Assembly (NCBI RefSeq): GCF_009914755.1 | Contig: NC_060934.1 | Direction: 5' to 3' (one strand) | DNA length: 64,000 bases | Source: the human T2T-CHM13v2.0 reference genome, Homo sapiens | Shown here: positions 42,140-56,589 of the stretch, piece after piece | Numbering within the stretch: position 1 is the stretch's first letter | Layout: each line of letters begins with the position of its first letter | Translations under genes and position numbers: made by a program | The notes under the pieces: model-generated | Databases searched by the model: none | What the model was told of the DNA's origin: nothing | Seen by the model: the letters and a program-made list of their open reading frames with translations, nothing else

Positions 42140-44401
42140 CAAACCTTAGGAGCACTAGGGGGTTGGCATTCTTACTTTTAGTCTTGGACACTAGAGAGGA
42201 ATGTCAGGGCTGGGCTGATGAGACCTGGGTGTCGATGGTGGATGCCAGGTGAACTGGGTAAGAGAACTTCCTGGTCCTGTCTAGAGTAGGACCTGGTCTG
42301 TTCACCTCTGGTCCTTACCTCCTAAAGCAGATGTTATGCTGAGGCTACTGTCAGCTCTTCGTGTAAAGATCAGAGAACCTAGCTCCCCTTTTGCCCCTGA
42401 GTTCTACCTGGCCTTCTTAGTGTGACCCTTTAAAACGTTTTTAACAGTGGTTTTGAATTCTTGTCCTAGTTTGGCTGTTTGTGGCTCATGGCATTTAGGA
42501 ACCCATCTTCAAGCTCAGACTCTACTGTCTCAGATCCCGAGAGCCATTGCTTGCTTTTGGGTTACGGCTCTTTATTCTGGGTTCCCTTTTGAGCATTTCT
42601 TTCTTTCTTTTTTGTGCAGAGAAAAAGATCTCCGACAAAAAGCTATCCACTGTTTACAGAGTATATTCCTTTAAAAGAGAATTGGGAGTTTTCTCAGGTG
42701 ATGTTTTTTTACTGATACATTATTTACGTTAACTTTAAACTTATTCTACATCCATTAAAAATGCTTACTTTGACTTAGCATATAGCCAGTTGGCATCATA
42801 TAATCCTGGGGGGAAATAATTATATACATACAAGAAATTTTAAAAGACCTTATATATTAAATTTTGCTTATTACCATAGTTGCCTAGGAAACCGTAAAGG
42901 GTTATATGTTCACTTCCGAAGTTTATGAGTAAAAAATGGACAAATTACTTTCTACCCCCCATTTATGCATTAGTTAAAATAAAAGCACTTCGAAGAAAGG
43001 GTTATAGATTCTAGGGATGAGCCCTCATTCCTTCCGTTGCCACGTCTGGAAACCCAAGAATTTGGCATTTACCTTCTAGATGGGTGATTAAAATCCTGAC
43101 TTAGATATAATCGCTTTATTGAAGATGTTTACATTAACTTATTCTTTGGGGGTTTTCCTCCGTGTTTCCACGTAAGTTACATATCTGTACCTCCTCCTTT
43201 GACCTCTGTACACTGGAAAGAAGTAAAATATCTTGCATTAGCATAACTTCCAAACCTGACAGGTGGTATTTAGCCATCGATTTATGGCCTCTAAGCTGCA
43301 TTAGTTCCCATCCCTTTCCACACGGTGTGGAGACCCTGTGTGCTCTGTCGACGTGCAATGTTTTTAATGGATGTGAACTTAACCATTAATGTAACATCTC
43401 TGGTTTAATGCAGATGCTTTTGTTAAATGACAATATAATTACCAGTCATCGGCAAACCTCAAAAAGGCTGGGAGGTTTGGTTCAGTTAAACACCCGAGAG
43501 CTCAGATCCTTATCTGAAGTTTACCCCTTGAGTTTAGCAAGTCCAGGCTGGAAAACTCCCCATCTATCTAAGACATGAGCCCTCACTCAGCAATTCTGTT
43601 CTTCTGTTTCTCAATATCGGCACCTCTATTTTTCAGTCTTGGCCTGCTGAATACAGTGAAAGGCAACATAAAAAGATAAAAGAAACATCATCCGTATCAA
43701 ACTGAGCTGAATAAAGTATCCCTAAGGTGGGAAAAACAATTGGATAAATATTTTATGTTGGAGGGGAAGTGCTCTCTTCTTGGAGTGTTAGGAAACCTTT
43801 TGCCTCCATGCCCGGATTCTTGTTTAAAATGTTTCATGCTGAGAAGTTTTCTAGCAATTTCCCCCAACATAAGATAGGGGGTGGGGGGAATTGCTGAAGA
43901 TGACTCAGATTAATCCTATTTGAAAACAAGTCTTTTTTCCTAGAAAAAGCATGAACGTTTAAACTTCTTTCAGTATGCTGGGGCAAGCCAGCACGCTGTG
44001 TACTTAAAAAAAATAATTAAAATACTTTCAACACTGTGTGTGTTTTGTGTTTAGTTTAGGAGGTATATTGCATCAGTGGTGGTTTTTCCAGTTTTACGTT
44101 TCTCTAAATGACCTTTTTTGTCCTTCTCTTGTCTTCTGTTTCATAAGGTTTGAAATGAGACAGGACTTTAGTTATACAAAGTCATCTAGCATTGACTTAG
44201 AGGAATGACTACTGTCAGCTATTGCAGTATGGGGATTATTTGGTCCTGTCTGAAAGCAAGATTTTGGAGTCAATATCTGGCACAGAACTATGAGGAGCCA
44301 TGTATTATTTGATCCTCTGCATGCAAATCACAGCCTTGCAATGAAAATATTGCATCTTGAGATGCTAGTATGATGCTTTAAAATAAAAGTTAAACAATTT
44401 T

Positions 44402-44751
<350 letters not shown>

Positions 44752-44986
44752 TTAGCCTTATACTGAATTCTGGTGTCGGTGAGTCTAAGAAGCCTGTCTT
44801 GGTTAGACATCTGTTTTTAGCCCAGGGAAAATTTATGCTGCTTTTATTTTGAGCAAAATTTTTGAAGTCTCTTGGCAAGCTTATAGATAAAATAATTTTT
44901 AAAGGCAATAGTGTCCCCTTGAAATCCAAATATTGATATGAACTTAAAGCCCAGTGGTATACGTGTGACCTCAACAGAAAAGCTTA

Positions 44987-45381
<395 letters not shown>

Positions 45382-48109
45382 TTATTTTCTATTCCCACCG
45401 TACCACTGCTTGATTTCTGGTAGTTGGAACTCCATTTTATTTTTATAGTTTTGGTTTTATAGCTTTGGTTGAGTCAGGATGTGCTGGCCTCTGTCTATCC
45501 TTATTGATGGCTGATTCCTTCCTTGCAAACCATCAGGGTAACATTGGCTAAAGGGTTTTCCACTTGCCTTGCTGAATCTGGAGTTCATAAAGTCATTGAA
45601 GGTAGCTTAATTGGTTATGCATTTCAACAAATGCTACACACCGTATCTCCAGAGGGTTGCCATGCATAAGCCACTGGGTATATAAAATCTGTATTATCGG
45701 AAAATAAACACCAGACTCCTTCAGACCTCAAGCACTCTCTAGCAGTTTAGTTAATGGGGATTCTTGCCACCAAAGACAGGACAAACCAGAGAGCACAGGC
45801 CGTTAGGCTCATTTGTGATGCTATGATGTCTAAGCACCATTCTCTTATGTCAGGCCATAAATTAGGACAAAGTGGGCCTATTTTTTGTTTTGTTTTTTCT
45901 TTTGTGTGTGTGTGTTCTGTTTGAGCATCTTTGTTTTCTGTGGCAGGCTTTAAAAGGGTATTCAGTAAAGGCAACGAAGGAGGGTTTTTCCATTCTTTAA
46001 AAAGAGCTCATTAGACTCTGCAAATTGATGCAGTACAAACAACATTGAGAGGGTCTGGGTTCCCACATAAATTAGCTCAGTTTGTGCAAGATGAAAAATG
46101 CTTTGGCCATAACAGCCAGCACTACAAACACACCCCGGCTTAGAAAAAAACAAGGTGTGCCCACCGTGTCTCTTACGTCACCTGCAGTCATAAAAGTGCT
46201 GTAATTAAAACTGAGCTGACAATTTGCTTAATGATCTGTGAGGCAGAGGAGAATCCAAGGAGGGCCCCCAAATGTGGTTGGCTGGAGTTTCTGCCATGCC
46301 AACAGCGGTGGCCGCAGAAAAACTCTTCTTCACTTGAGAAAATGGTGACTCATCCGAGAAGACAGTGAGGTGGATGGTGAAGCCAAGCCAGCTGCCTTTA
46401 AATCATCAACACCATTTTCACAATAATGAGTTTGTGTGAGTGAGAAGGTGCTTAAGGTGCTTTGGAACCATCCATTTATAATTAGCCAGGTCAAATTTAA
46501 GAAAATTAAACTATTCCCAGCAATACAACTTAGACCAATTAACGACTTAATTGGTTCACCATAATAATATGAGGTAGTTTCTAGTTCAGTTTTCTTACTT
46601 CAGAATTACTATTATATTATTATATAAGAAAAGAATCTTTTTATTTGTGAGACATTGAGTCTCAACTGGAGCCAACACAATGCTGCTAGTCCAGATTTTG
46701 CATAAGCTCTGGAATCCAATTCCCCCACAGATTCATCGTTGACCCTTGAAGAGGCACTTGACCTCATCCTTTCCTGACCCATGAAATTAGAAGCCCAACT
46801 GCCACAGAGAGATGATTTAGATTTGATTCCTGATATGCACTCTATGTATGGGAAACTTGGAAACTTTCCAAGTAGATCCAGTATATATCTAGATGCTTAA
46901 TTATTGGGATAAAAATAATACTCATTATTTCCTGAGTTATTCTTTAATAATTTAAAGATGCATTGCCTTTAAGTACCACCATGCTAAAAAAAACAAAAAG
47001 CAACAACAAAAACACATTGAACAGTAAATTTTGGGAGACATTTTCCTAACACAATATGTTATACATTTAAACTAGTAAGTCTATCCTCATGCCACTTCTG
47101 AAGGCCATCCTACCACTCCTGACGGCCAGTCCACCATTTATCAATTGAAAAACATTCAGTTTATATATTTGTAAATATTGAAATCAAAGATCTACTTCTA
47201 GTAACACTGCTTTCCAGCTCAATTTTCCAGAAAGTCAGGGGATCTTTAATGCAAACGTGATCTCCACCTTATGAGGGAAGACTTAATAGTTAAAATCAAT
47301 GTTGAATAATATGAAGAGATAAACAGAAGGCCATTTTTAGAACCTGCTATTCTTAGTCTCTTTTACCCTGAGAAGATTCTAAATAATTGCAAGGTATTTA
47401 CTTACCAAAACACACCTCTTTTTCAGTCAAAACTTCAGGAGCGCTTTTTCAGTGTCATCACGTGGGTTTCTTAGGGACATTCATTTGACATTAAAAGCTC
47501 ATGAACATGGAAAATCTTTGTTCAGGTGGCTTCTGAGATATTACACATCCCTTTGAACCATGCCCTGCACTGGGTTTCCACTGTTAAGCAGGTGGTTGAG
47601 TATAATACTAAGACAGTTAACCTAATTCCTTCCCAGAAAACCAGGTCTATAGTACGTAGGGAAATAAAGTGAAGTTTTGTTCAACCCAAGAATGAGAATC
47701 ATCCCTGTTGATAAGAAAAGAATCTTTTTAAAGTTTATGGGACATTGAGGCTCACAAAAGAGCTATGTGCAAAGATCAAACAGTTCCAAAAATTGCTCTA
47801 TGCAACCATTGTCAGAACTTTCTTTTGCGTCTTGGAAATACATAGTAATACATGCTACAATTAATGTAAAATTACCTCATATCTGAGAATACCAGAAATG
47901 GTGCATATTTTACTCATTCTTTTGTATAATACATTATTTTAATGCTATTTCTGTTGATTTGCTACTTTCTTAACCCACATAATGTTTATCTTGAATTTTT
48001 AGTCTTTTATTATTAACACTAGGGCAAATAACTTAATAAATACTCTTAATAGAACAAATATATCACACTATGATTCCAGATGGTGCTGACTGGTTGAGAG
48101 TACAGCAAA

Positions 48110-48330
48110 GAAAATAGAAGGATAAATTTTGGAGTCAGAAAATCTTAAATTTAAATCCTAGTTCTGCTCTTTCTCAGCAGAAGGACTTAGATAAGTTATT
48201 TAACTTCTCTGAGCTTTAATCTTCTCATCTACAAAGTAGAAAACATAAAATGCCTAGCTCCTGATGGTTGTGAGAATTAAATAATGTATGATAAATGTAA
48301 CATGCTTAGTATTTGATATGTGACAAATGA
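48110..48330 (+). mobile_element. MIR
   Basis: TTTGGAGTCAGAAA...AAGTTATTTAACTTCTCTGAGC...GGTTGTGAGAATTAAAT. Confidence 0.7.
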
Positions 48331-48381
48331 GGTGCTAGCCATATTGTAACATATTAAGCTGTAAGAAATTCAATGACCTAC

Positions 48382-48731
<350 letters not shown>

Positions 48732-49707
48732 ATTTCTTATTCAACTTTGTATATCCAATGGGCTAGCTTCTTGCCTAGCAGGCATTACAAAATGTTTAAT
48801 GAATGATTGAATAAATAATACCATATAGATCTTCACTGTTTAGACAGAACTATTAGATGCAAAATCTCATGTAACAAAAAGATATTAGAAATACAGGAAA
48901 ATGTCCAACACTCAATTCCAAATCAATAAATATGAGTTAAAGATATTAGCAGGTTTTCTAAGACTCTTGACTGCAATCCTAAAAGTTAACTGAGTACATT
49001 TCCTTATTAATAGGGATTGTTCAAAATGAACCATTTCTTCATATAGCTTATTTTAAGTGATCAATAAAAATTACATATAGATTGAGAGTTTTAAGACGTA
49101 TACCCAAGTGCACCTCTGCTAGAACTTTCCTTCTTGAACTGTGGGATCTTAATCCAATAGCCACTCAAATGCTTTTATCATTTTCTCTGCCTTACAGTCC
49201 AATGGTCTACTTAGATCCTCATTCAGTTTCCCAGACGCACTTCTAAAAATAAATGGACGAAAAAGAAAGCTAAGAAAAGGCCCCTCCTGTTGTATCTACT
49301 GAGAAACAGCAACAGCAGAGCCTGCCTCAGGATGCTTCTCTCTCCTCGCTAGTGTCCCATGCCAGAGGTGCCTAATATTTAATTTAAGCAGGGGATCATA
49401 AAAGAAGCAGAGGCCATGTCTTAGCAGGGAAAGAAACACATTTATTTCTATTATGATTGTTGAGAGTATTTTGAGAGGTAATTAGAAACCAATTGATTTT
49501 CTTTACTGTTTTATTATATAGCTTATAAAGGTAAACCAGTAAACCATAGATTTGGTCTGGATTTTGTAATTTGTGGGGATTTGTTGATGAAATCAAGGGG
49601 CCCTAGAAATAAAATATGTGGATTTTCCACCTTGTTACTCCTTTAAAGAAGGAAAAACAGATTTGTAAATCTAGAGTCAATTTCTGCTCAGATAGACACA
49701 GGCAGAA

Positions 49708-50120
49708 TCTCTCTGTGTCTCTGTCTTTGCCTCCCTCCCTCCCTCCCTTCTACCTTCCTTCCCTCCTTCATTCTTTCCCTCCTTCTCTCCCTGCTTCCTT
49801 CCTTACCTCCTTTCTTCCTTCCCTCCCTCCTTCCTTCCCTGCCTTCTTCCTTACATCCCTTCTTTCCTCCCTCCCTCCCTGCCTCCCTCCCTTCCTTCTT
49901 TCCTTCCTTCCTTCCGTCCTTCCTTCTTTCCTTCCTTCGTTCCTTCCTTCCTTCCTTCCTCCCTCTCTCCCTTCCTTCCTTCTTAATTTATTTTCTCCCT
50001 CCCTTCCTCAATATTTGACATCCTTTTTCTTCTTTTTCCCATCTTCCCCTCCCTCCCTCCTTTCCTCTCCTCTCTCTCTCCCTTGCTTTCCTTCCTTCAC
50101 TGTCTCCACCTCTTCTTCCT
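49708..50120. repeat. (CCTT/CCCT)n polypyrimidine low-complexity tract
   Basis: Read directly from the sequence. Confidence 0.95.
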
Positions 50121-52334
50121 AACTCCTTTTCCTTTACCATTCAACACTCTTTCATTCAAACTTCAAGTATTTATTTCTACCTACCATGGGTCAGTTACTA
50201 TTCTAGTCTTCTAATCAATCTCCTCTAAAATATTCTTATCAAGCCGTCATTCCATCTGTGTGTCAACAGCTCACTGGACTCCACTTACTCCATCTAAGTG
50301 TGTTTCTTTGTGGTTTTCTCTGAAGTTACACTCTTTCCCCCTAATGCAACTGCACATTTAAGTTTCAGAGGCAAACAATAACCTGAACTGGCTGGCATTT
50401 GCCTAGGCATGGAGGGGAAATCATTTTTTTCATATTTGGAAAATCAGTCAGAAATTGTAAATATTTTTCATGCCTTGCTTTATCCTGAGTTTTTCAAAGG
50501 AAAAGAAAAACTTTCATGATGCTCACATAATTTTCATTCACTCTCCGATTGTCTTAGAGGATATCCAGGTGAAGGGCTAGTGGGACTGGATCCTGCCTTT
50601 CTTTTGGGGGCTGGTGAGGTCATAGACCAAGGGGGGATATTTTGGAAGAGATGTGTTGAAGCATTCTTTATATGCTCCCTAGAAACATTAACTAGCTCAT
50701 CAAGTGAGAAACATCAGACATAGGACATGGGCAATGAGTCAGAATGAAAAATTGACTTTGAGGGCCAAGTAAGAGATGGGGTTAAGGCCCTTGGCATCCC
50801 ACAGGGTAAAGGGACTATAAGTAGAACACCATCCCAGGAGTTCCCGAATTAGAGTGCACGAGTAGAAGTGGGGCTTGGGACCTCTCCACTGCAGAATCTC
50901 CCATTTGAGAATTATAGGTCAGGGGACCAATTTTGCCACGGGGCAGGGGGGCTCTAAATTTAATTGTAAAATACCCCTTGGAAAGAATCTTATATATCAA
51001 GGAGAATATCTTTTACCTAGTAGTAGTCCAGGAACATTTTCAAAGGTGAGTGGGAAAGGATTACAGTTGAATTAGTGATGTTCTACTTGCTCATCTCTTT
51101 GACAGTACTTTTTTTGAGGAGCCCATTTAAATGAGTATGTGTGTGTGTGTGTATACATGTGTATACACGGGTGTGTGCTTTGTGTGAGAAGTTTTTAATG
51201 ATTTAAGGTAAATTTAAAATGCTCATCTTTCTGTGTTTCACTTGGGTGTTGAGTGTGGAGACTATTGCGTGTGGAGACTAAACTGCACCTAATGACAGAA
51301 GTAAGCTTTACCTCTGGAGCTTTTCATGAGCAGTCTATCAAAAAGTCAAGGGGAAAATGTGACTAACTATGGACTTCCTAAATGGAAGAAACTTTTCGTG
51401 CTTAAAAGTTGAAAAAAAAAAAACTTGCTGCAGAGAAAAAGACTTTGACCAAGGAAGATTTAAGTAAATAAGATTCTGATTATCACAATCTCTTTAGATA
51501 AACAAAATTAAAGGATAACAACAAACTGTAAAAATATTTACACCCAGCTCCATAGTCAAATAGTTTGCATCCTAATATATAATATTCCATGCACAAATTG
51601 ATTTGGAGAACTTACAGTTCTTATAGATAAACGGGTAAGTGATATAAATTTTAAAATGGCAATAGTTTATAAACATGAAGACCTTAATAAAAATGTAAAC
51701 TAAAAGAAGAATGAAATACCCTCCTCCCTTGTTTCTTTATAATTGTTAATGATTAAGAAAATATTCTGGTAGAATATTTGTAGATGGAATCTTAGAAACC
51801 TTACCTTGTATTGGAAAGTCAACTTAAACTTTTTACGCTGTTGTTGCTGAATCTGCACATTATCTAGATAAAAGGAAAACACATTTTTGTGATAAGGGAT
51901 ATTGTTGAGACAATATCTGGGACCAGAGATATCTCCAGGGAGAAATAGTTTGTTTCTCTTTGGTTGTTAAAGTGTACCTGGATGCAAGGGTTTAATTTCC
52001 TCCCCTTTATATGTCTACATTTTGGAGTCAACAGTTATATTTTTTAAAAAAGCAGCAAAATCAGAAGTCCCTTTCTTTTTTAAAAAATCATTATTTGCTT
52101 CTTTTTCTCCAATATCAGTCTCAAGTATACATTTTTGAGTGATTTGCATGTGAATGTTTGGTTTTCATCCAACATTGAACATTAGCTTCTCTTAGTGTTT
52201 ATTGGATAGAAGCTGATTGGTTTCATCTGTGAAGCTGTAGTGGAATATTCTTAGATTCTATACAGGCATTCGTCGACCACCCTATCCCAGTAGCTTCAGT
52301 GTGTGTCAGGGGGCCACATCCAGAGCTGGGAGAA

Positions 52335-52768
52335 TGATATGGTTTGAATATATGTCCCTGCCAAATCTCATGTTGAATTGTAATCCCCAGTATGGGAGAT
52401 AGGGCCCAGTGGGAGGTGAATGGATCATGGGGTTAGATTTCTTGTGAATGGTTTGGCACCAACCCTAATGGCTTGATGCTATCCTTGCCATAGTTGAGTG
52501 AGTTTTTATTAGGTCTGGTTGTTGTAAAGGGTGGCCTTTTCCCCACCATTCTCCAGCTTGCTCCTGCCTTCACCATGTGAAATGCCTGTTTCCCCTTCAC
52601 CTTCCGCCATGATTGAAAGCTCCCTGAGGCTTCACCAGAAGCCCAGCAGATGCCAGCACTATGCTGCCCGTAAAGCCTGCAGGATCATGAGCCCATTAAA
52701 CCTCATTTCTTTATAAATTACCCTGTCTCAGGTATTTCTTTATAGCAATGTGAGAATGGCTTACTTCA
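52335..52768 (+). mobile_element. Solo MST-type MaLR LTR, full length
   Basis: TGATATGGTTTG start, ATTAAA signal, perfect 5 bp TSD GAGAA. Confidence 0.93.
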
Positions 52769-52861
52769 GAGAACAACTCAGTCCTTAACTTTTTCTGTGA
52801 CCAAGACCCCATCTCTTACTTTTTATGTTTCAGGATTCTTATCTAAAAAATAAGAATAATA

Positions 52862-53073
52862 GGCCAGGTGCAGTGGCTCACGCCTGTAATCCCCACACTT
52901 TGGGAGGCCGAGGCGGCCAGATCACGAGGTCAGGAGTTCGAGACCAGCCTAACCAGTATGGTGAAACTCTGTCTCTACTAAAAATACAAAAATTAGCTGG
53001 GTGTGGTGGCAGTGGGCCAAGATCATGCCATTGCACTCCAGCCTGGGTGAGAGAGGGAGACTCTGTCTGAAAA

Positions 53074-53108
<35 letters not shown>
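52862..53108 (+). mobile_element. AluS (Sg-like) with a ~70 bp right-arm deletion and (TAAA)n tail
   Basis: GTGGTGGC is joined directly to AGTGGGCCAAGATC. Confidence 0.94.
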
Positions 53109-53109
<1 letters not shown>

Positions 53110-54383
53110 ACTTACCCGCTATGAAAACATATTACTAAAAATGACCAAATGAATTGACTGCATGGAACCTAAGAAAGAACATAGTATTCTAAAAAAGGTT
53201 TAATACCAAAAAACAAATGGGATAAAGAATTTTACTCCATGGTTGTTAATCCAGCACCTTTCATAAGTATGAAATTTATTTAAGCTAAATAAAAATAGCA
53301 CAGGACAGGTTGCATTTGTAAGGGAAATCTCAGAGAACACAGCAAAGATATTGGAAAGTTGCAATTTTTTCCCAGATAATTAAAGGTCCTACTATTTAGC
53401 CAAACCATAATTCATCACAAAGGGTGAGGCATTGATTATTGCTCTGGCCACATTCATTTTTAATTCCATTAGTGAAATAAATGACAGCCGTTGAATATGC
53501 CACTTTCTTGTTACACAGCAATCAGAATGGTAAATAACTCTAGAATCCATAACAGCTGAATAGATAAGCTTGTTTCTCCCTCTTTGGCATCCCGAACGCC
53601 AAAGTTTTAAGTAGCAATAAATGTAATATCCATCTTCTTCAATGTGTTGTCATAGCCGCTCTTTGGTGATCACACTGTGTTCCAAATAAAGCTATTCTCA
53701 TTATTTACCCAGTGGTGAGCTGCAGAGATGGACCACCCGGCACAAGCCTGCCATCTTCATTTATCCCTGGCAGAAGCTGGTTTCCTCCAGAGCCCTGAAG
53801 CTAACGGTTCTCATTCAAACGACAATGCGAGTGTCCTGAAAACCGACTAAATTATATTTCTAGGTACATGTGTCGTAATGGCTGTCAAAGAGAAGCACGC
53901 TAGAAGGTTATCTGGCTTCCCCATCTTCTTCAGGTGTAATGTAGTCATTCATTTTGTTAACTCTCTGTTTGTATTTCAACCCAGAGGAGACCACAAACTG
54001 AAAAATACACACTAGTCTATTTTTGCCTTCTGTTGGTCTGTTTGTGGGAGTAATTGTTTCACACTCAGTGAACCACAAATGAGCTGATACTTGTATAAGC
54101 ACTTTTAAGAAAACAGAGGGGCATTATTCTTACATTGTATGTTAAGGGATGTGAGGTCTTTATATACGTAGAATGATATGTGTTTGAATGCATTTGCCAA
54201 ATTCTTTATGAATAATTTCATTCTTGCAGGGTAGTATCAATGGTAGCAGGGAGGGGGTAGTTTTGCTGGATTTACTTTAATTTAAGACAATTACTAGTAG
54301 GCCTATTTTGTGGTTGACCTGGACCTCTTTCAGGTATTGACAGTATTAATTTGCAAAATTAATTTTCTCTTCCCACTTCCCTG

Positions 54384-54460
54384 ACACACACACACACACA
54401 CTCACACACACACACACACACTCACACACACACACACACTCACACACACACACAGACACC
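54384..54460. repeat. (CA)n with periodic CT interruptions
   Basis: Read directly from the sequence. Confidence 0.95.
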
Positions 54461-55980
54461 ACACAACCCCCACACAAAACCATATAAACACCAAACTATC
54501 CAAAGCATTGGCATGTAAACTTTCTGGTACAGCCCACACATTTGTATGATTGCAGTTTTTTTTAAATTTGAGAAGCTATCAGTAAAGCTCAAAATACAAT
54601 TTTTATATGTATTTAATAATTGAAATTTTCTTTTTTAACCATTCTCTTATAGCAGACAAATAGGTTTCCCATGAGGTAGCTATGAGAGGTGCCTTGCCAT
54701 AGAGGTCAGAGGTATCTGACTGTAAATGAGGTCTCAAGAAAAATATTCTATTGCTGAATCAAACCTGAATTATTGGCACAAGCCTTTTCTGTGTGGTTAA
54801 CCAGGGCATGTAATATTTTGAGAGCATGAAAAAAATTGCTGACTCGTCACTGATAATGAGTGTAGCTTGGTAAACTGAGATAATGAAAAGAGGTAATCAC
54901 ATTTCATGCTTTAGGGCATACGTTGATCACTTGCAGGAGTCAGGAAGGAATTTCTCCCTCCCAGCAGAACGACATGATGCTGAGTTCCTGAAGGCATCTG
55001 GAAGCCTCTAAGGTCTTGCCTGGAGCAGGAATACTTGCATGGGACAGTCTGATTCTAGCCTGAGGACCCACTGTTCCTCTGCACATTCTGAGCATGCAGG
55101 CAGATTTCTATCTTGTTCTTTGTGCTGGGAAGGGCTGTTTCATTGTTTCCTGGTTTGGCTGCTGATTGGTCTTACTCAAAAGTTGATGGAAGTGGTGATG
55201 CCATGTGCTGCAACACGCATACTCTTGCTTTCAACCCTGATGTTATGTTACATGAAATACTATTCTCAGAACAAAGGTAGACACTATACAGCATTTCCCC
55301 AGTTATTCTTGGACAGAAAAAGAGAAGAGATATTGTGCTGTCTAAACTGCTAGTATCCTCTTCCTTTTTCCACTTTCTTCCATAAAGTAAGGGCTGAATA
55401 GTCTTGTAGATTTAATTTTTATTCTTCGTTCTGTCCATCTTAAACCAGCCTTTCTCAGCTAAGTTTTCTCATCTGACCTGCAGAAGTATAGTTTGAGTGA
55501 CTACTCTCTACATTTTCCTGAAGATGGTATGTAATTAAGACCTTTCTATATGTATTGGAGAGAAGTTAATTCATTAAATAAAAGGATGCCTCTTTGCAGT
55601 GGGATAGTCAGATAGCATACAGAGTTGCCCTGGGAAGGTTTTGTCCTTCATGCCCCCTGTAGGCTATGTTCCTGTCATCTACAGAAGCATTAAAGCATTT
55701 AGTATGCAGGCTTGCATTTGTCCCTGGTTGGCCAGGGTCTTCGGTTTAGAGTTCATCTTCCCCCAGCAAGTGCACATCCTCTAGTCCAAACCATTCCCTT
55801 CCTATTTGCCTGTACTGAAACTCACCGGTCTCATTTTCTAGGGATCCTTGCTCTTTGAGAGGGAGGAGGGTATACTAACAGAATGTTTTCAGTAAAGGGA
55901 GATTAGATTAATTAAATAATGCCTCTGCAGCAGGTTTCTCAATGCCTAATCTAGTGATATAATTTCAATGCCTACTCTAG

Positions 55981-56525
55981 TGATATATATATATGATATA
56001 TATATGATATATATATGATATATATATGATATATATGAGATATATATCTCATATATATATCATATATATCATATATATCTCATATATATCATATATATAT
56101 CATATATATGATATATATATCATATATATCATATATATATCATATATATCATATATATGATATATATATGATATATATGATATATATATCATATATATCA
56201 TATATATCATATATATATCATATATATATCATATATATATCATATATATCATATATATCATATATATCATATATATGATATATATCATATATATATCATA
56301 TATATCATATATATATCATATATATCATATATATCATATATATATCATATATATCATATATATATGATATATATCATATATATATCATATATATGATATA
56401 TATCATATATATATCATATATATCATATATATCATATATATCATATATATCATATATATATCATATATATCATATATATGATATATATATATGATATATA
56501 TCAGATATATATCATATATATATAT
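55981..56525. repeat. ~545 bp AT-rich repeat of TATATGA / TCATATA-type units in mixed orientation
   Basis: Read directly from the sequence. Confidence 0.97.
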
Positions 56526-56589
56526 TCAGAATGCTTCTAAGGAATGATTAAATAGTAGGAGATTTCGGTAACCTTAGACTGGTGGAAAT

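Noticed and set aside
49616-50122. 168 aa Pro/Ser/Leu/Phe-rich ORF
   Set aside because: Translation of the (CCTT)n low-complexity tract.
53908-54102. 64 aa minus-strand ORF in unique sequence
   Set aside because: No recognisable homology and no convincing splice-site pair.
55981-56525. Periodic array considered as a CRISPR-like or coded repeat
   Set aside because: No unique spacers, no constant repeat of 23-50 bp, no cas genes, and the DNA is primate.
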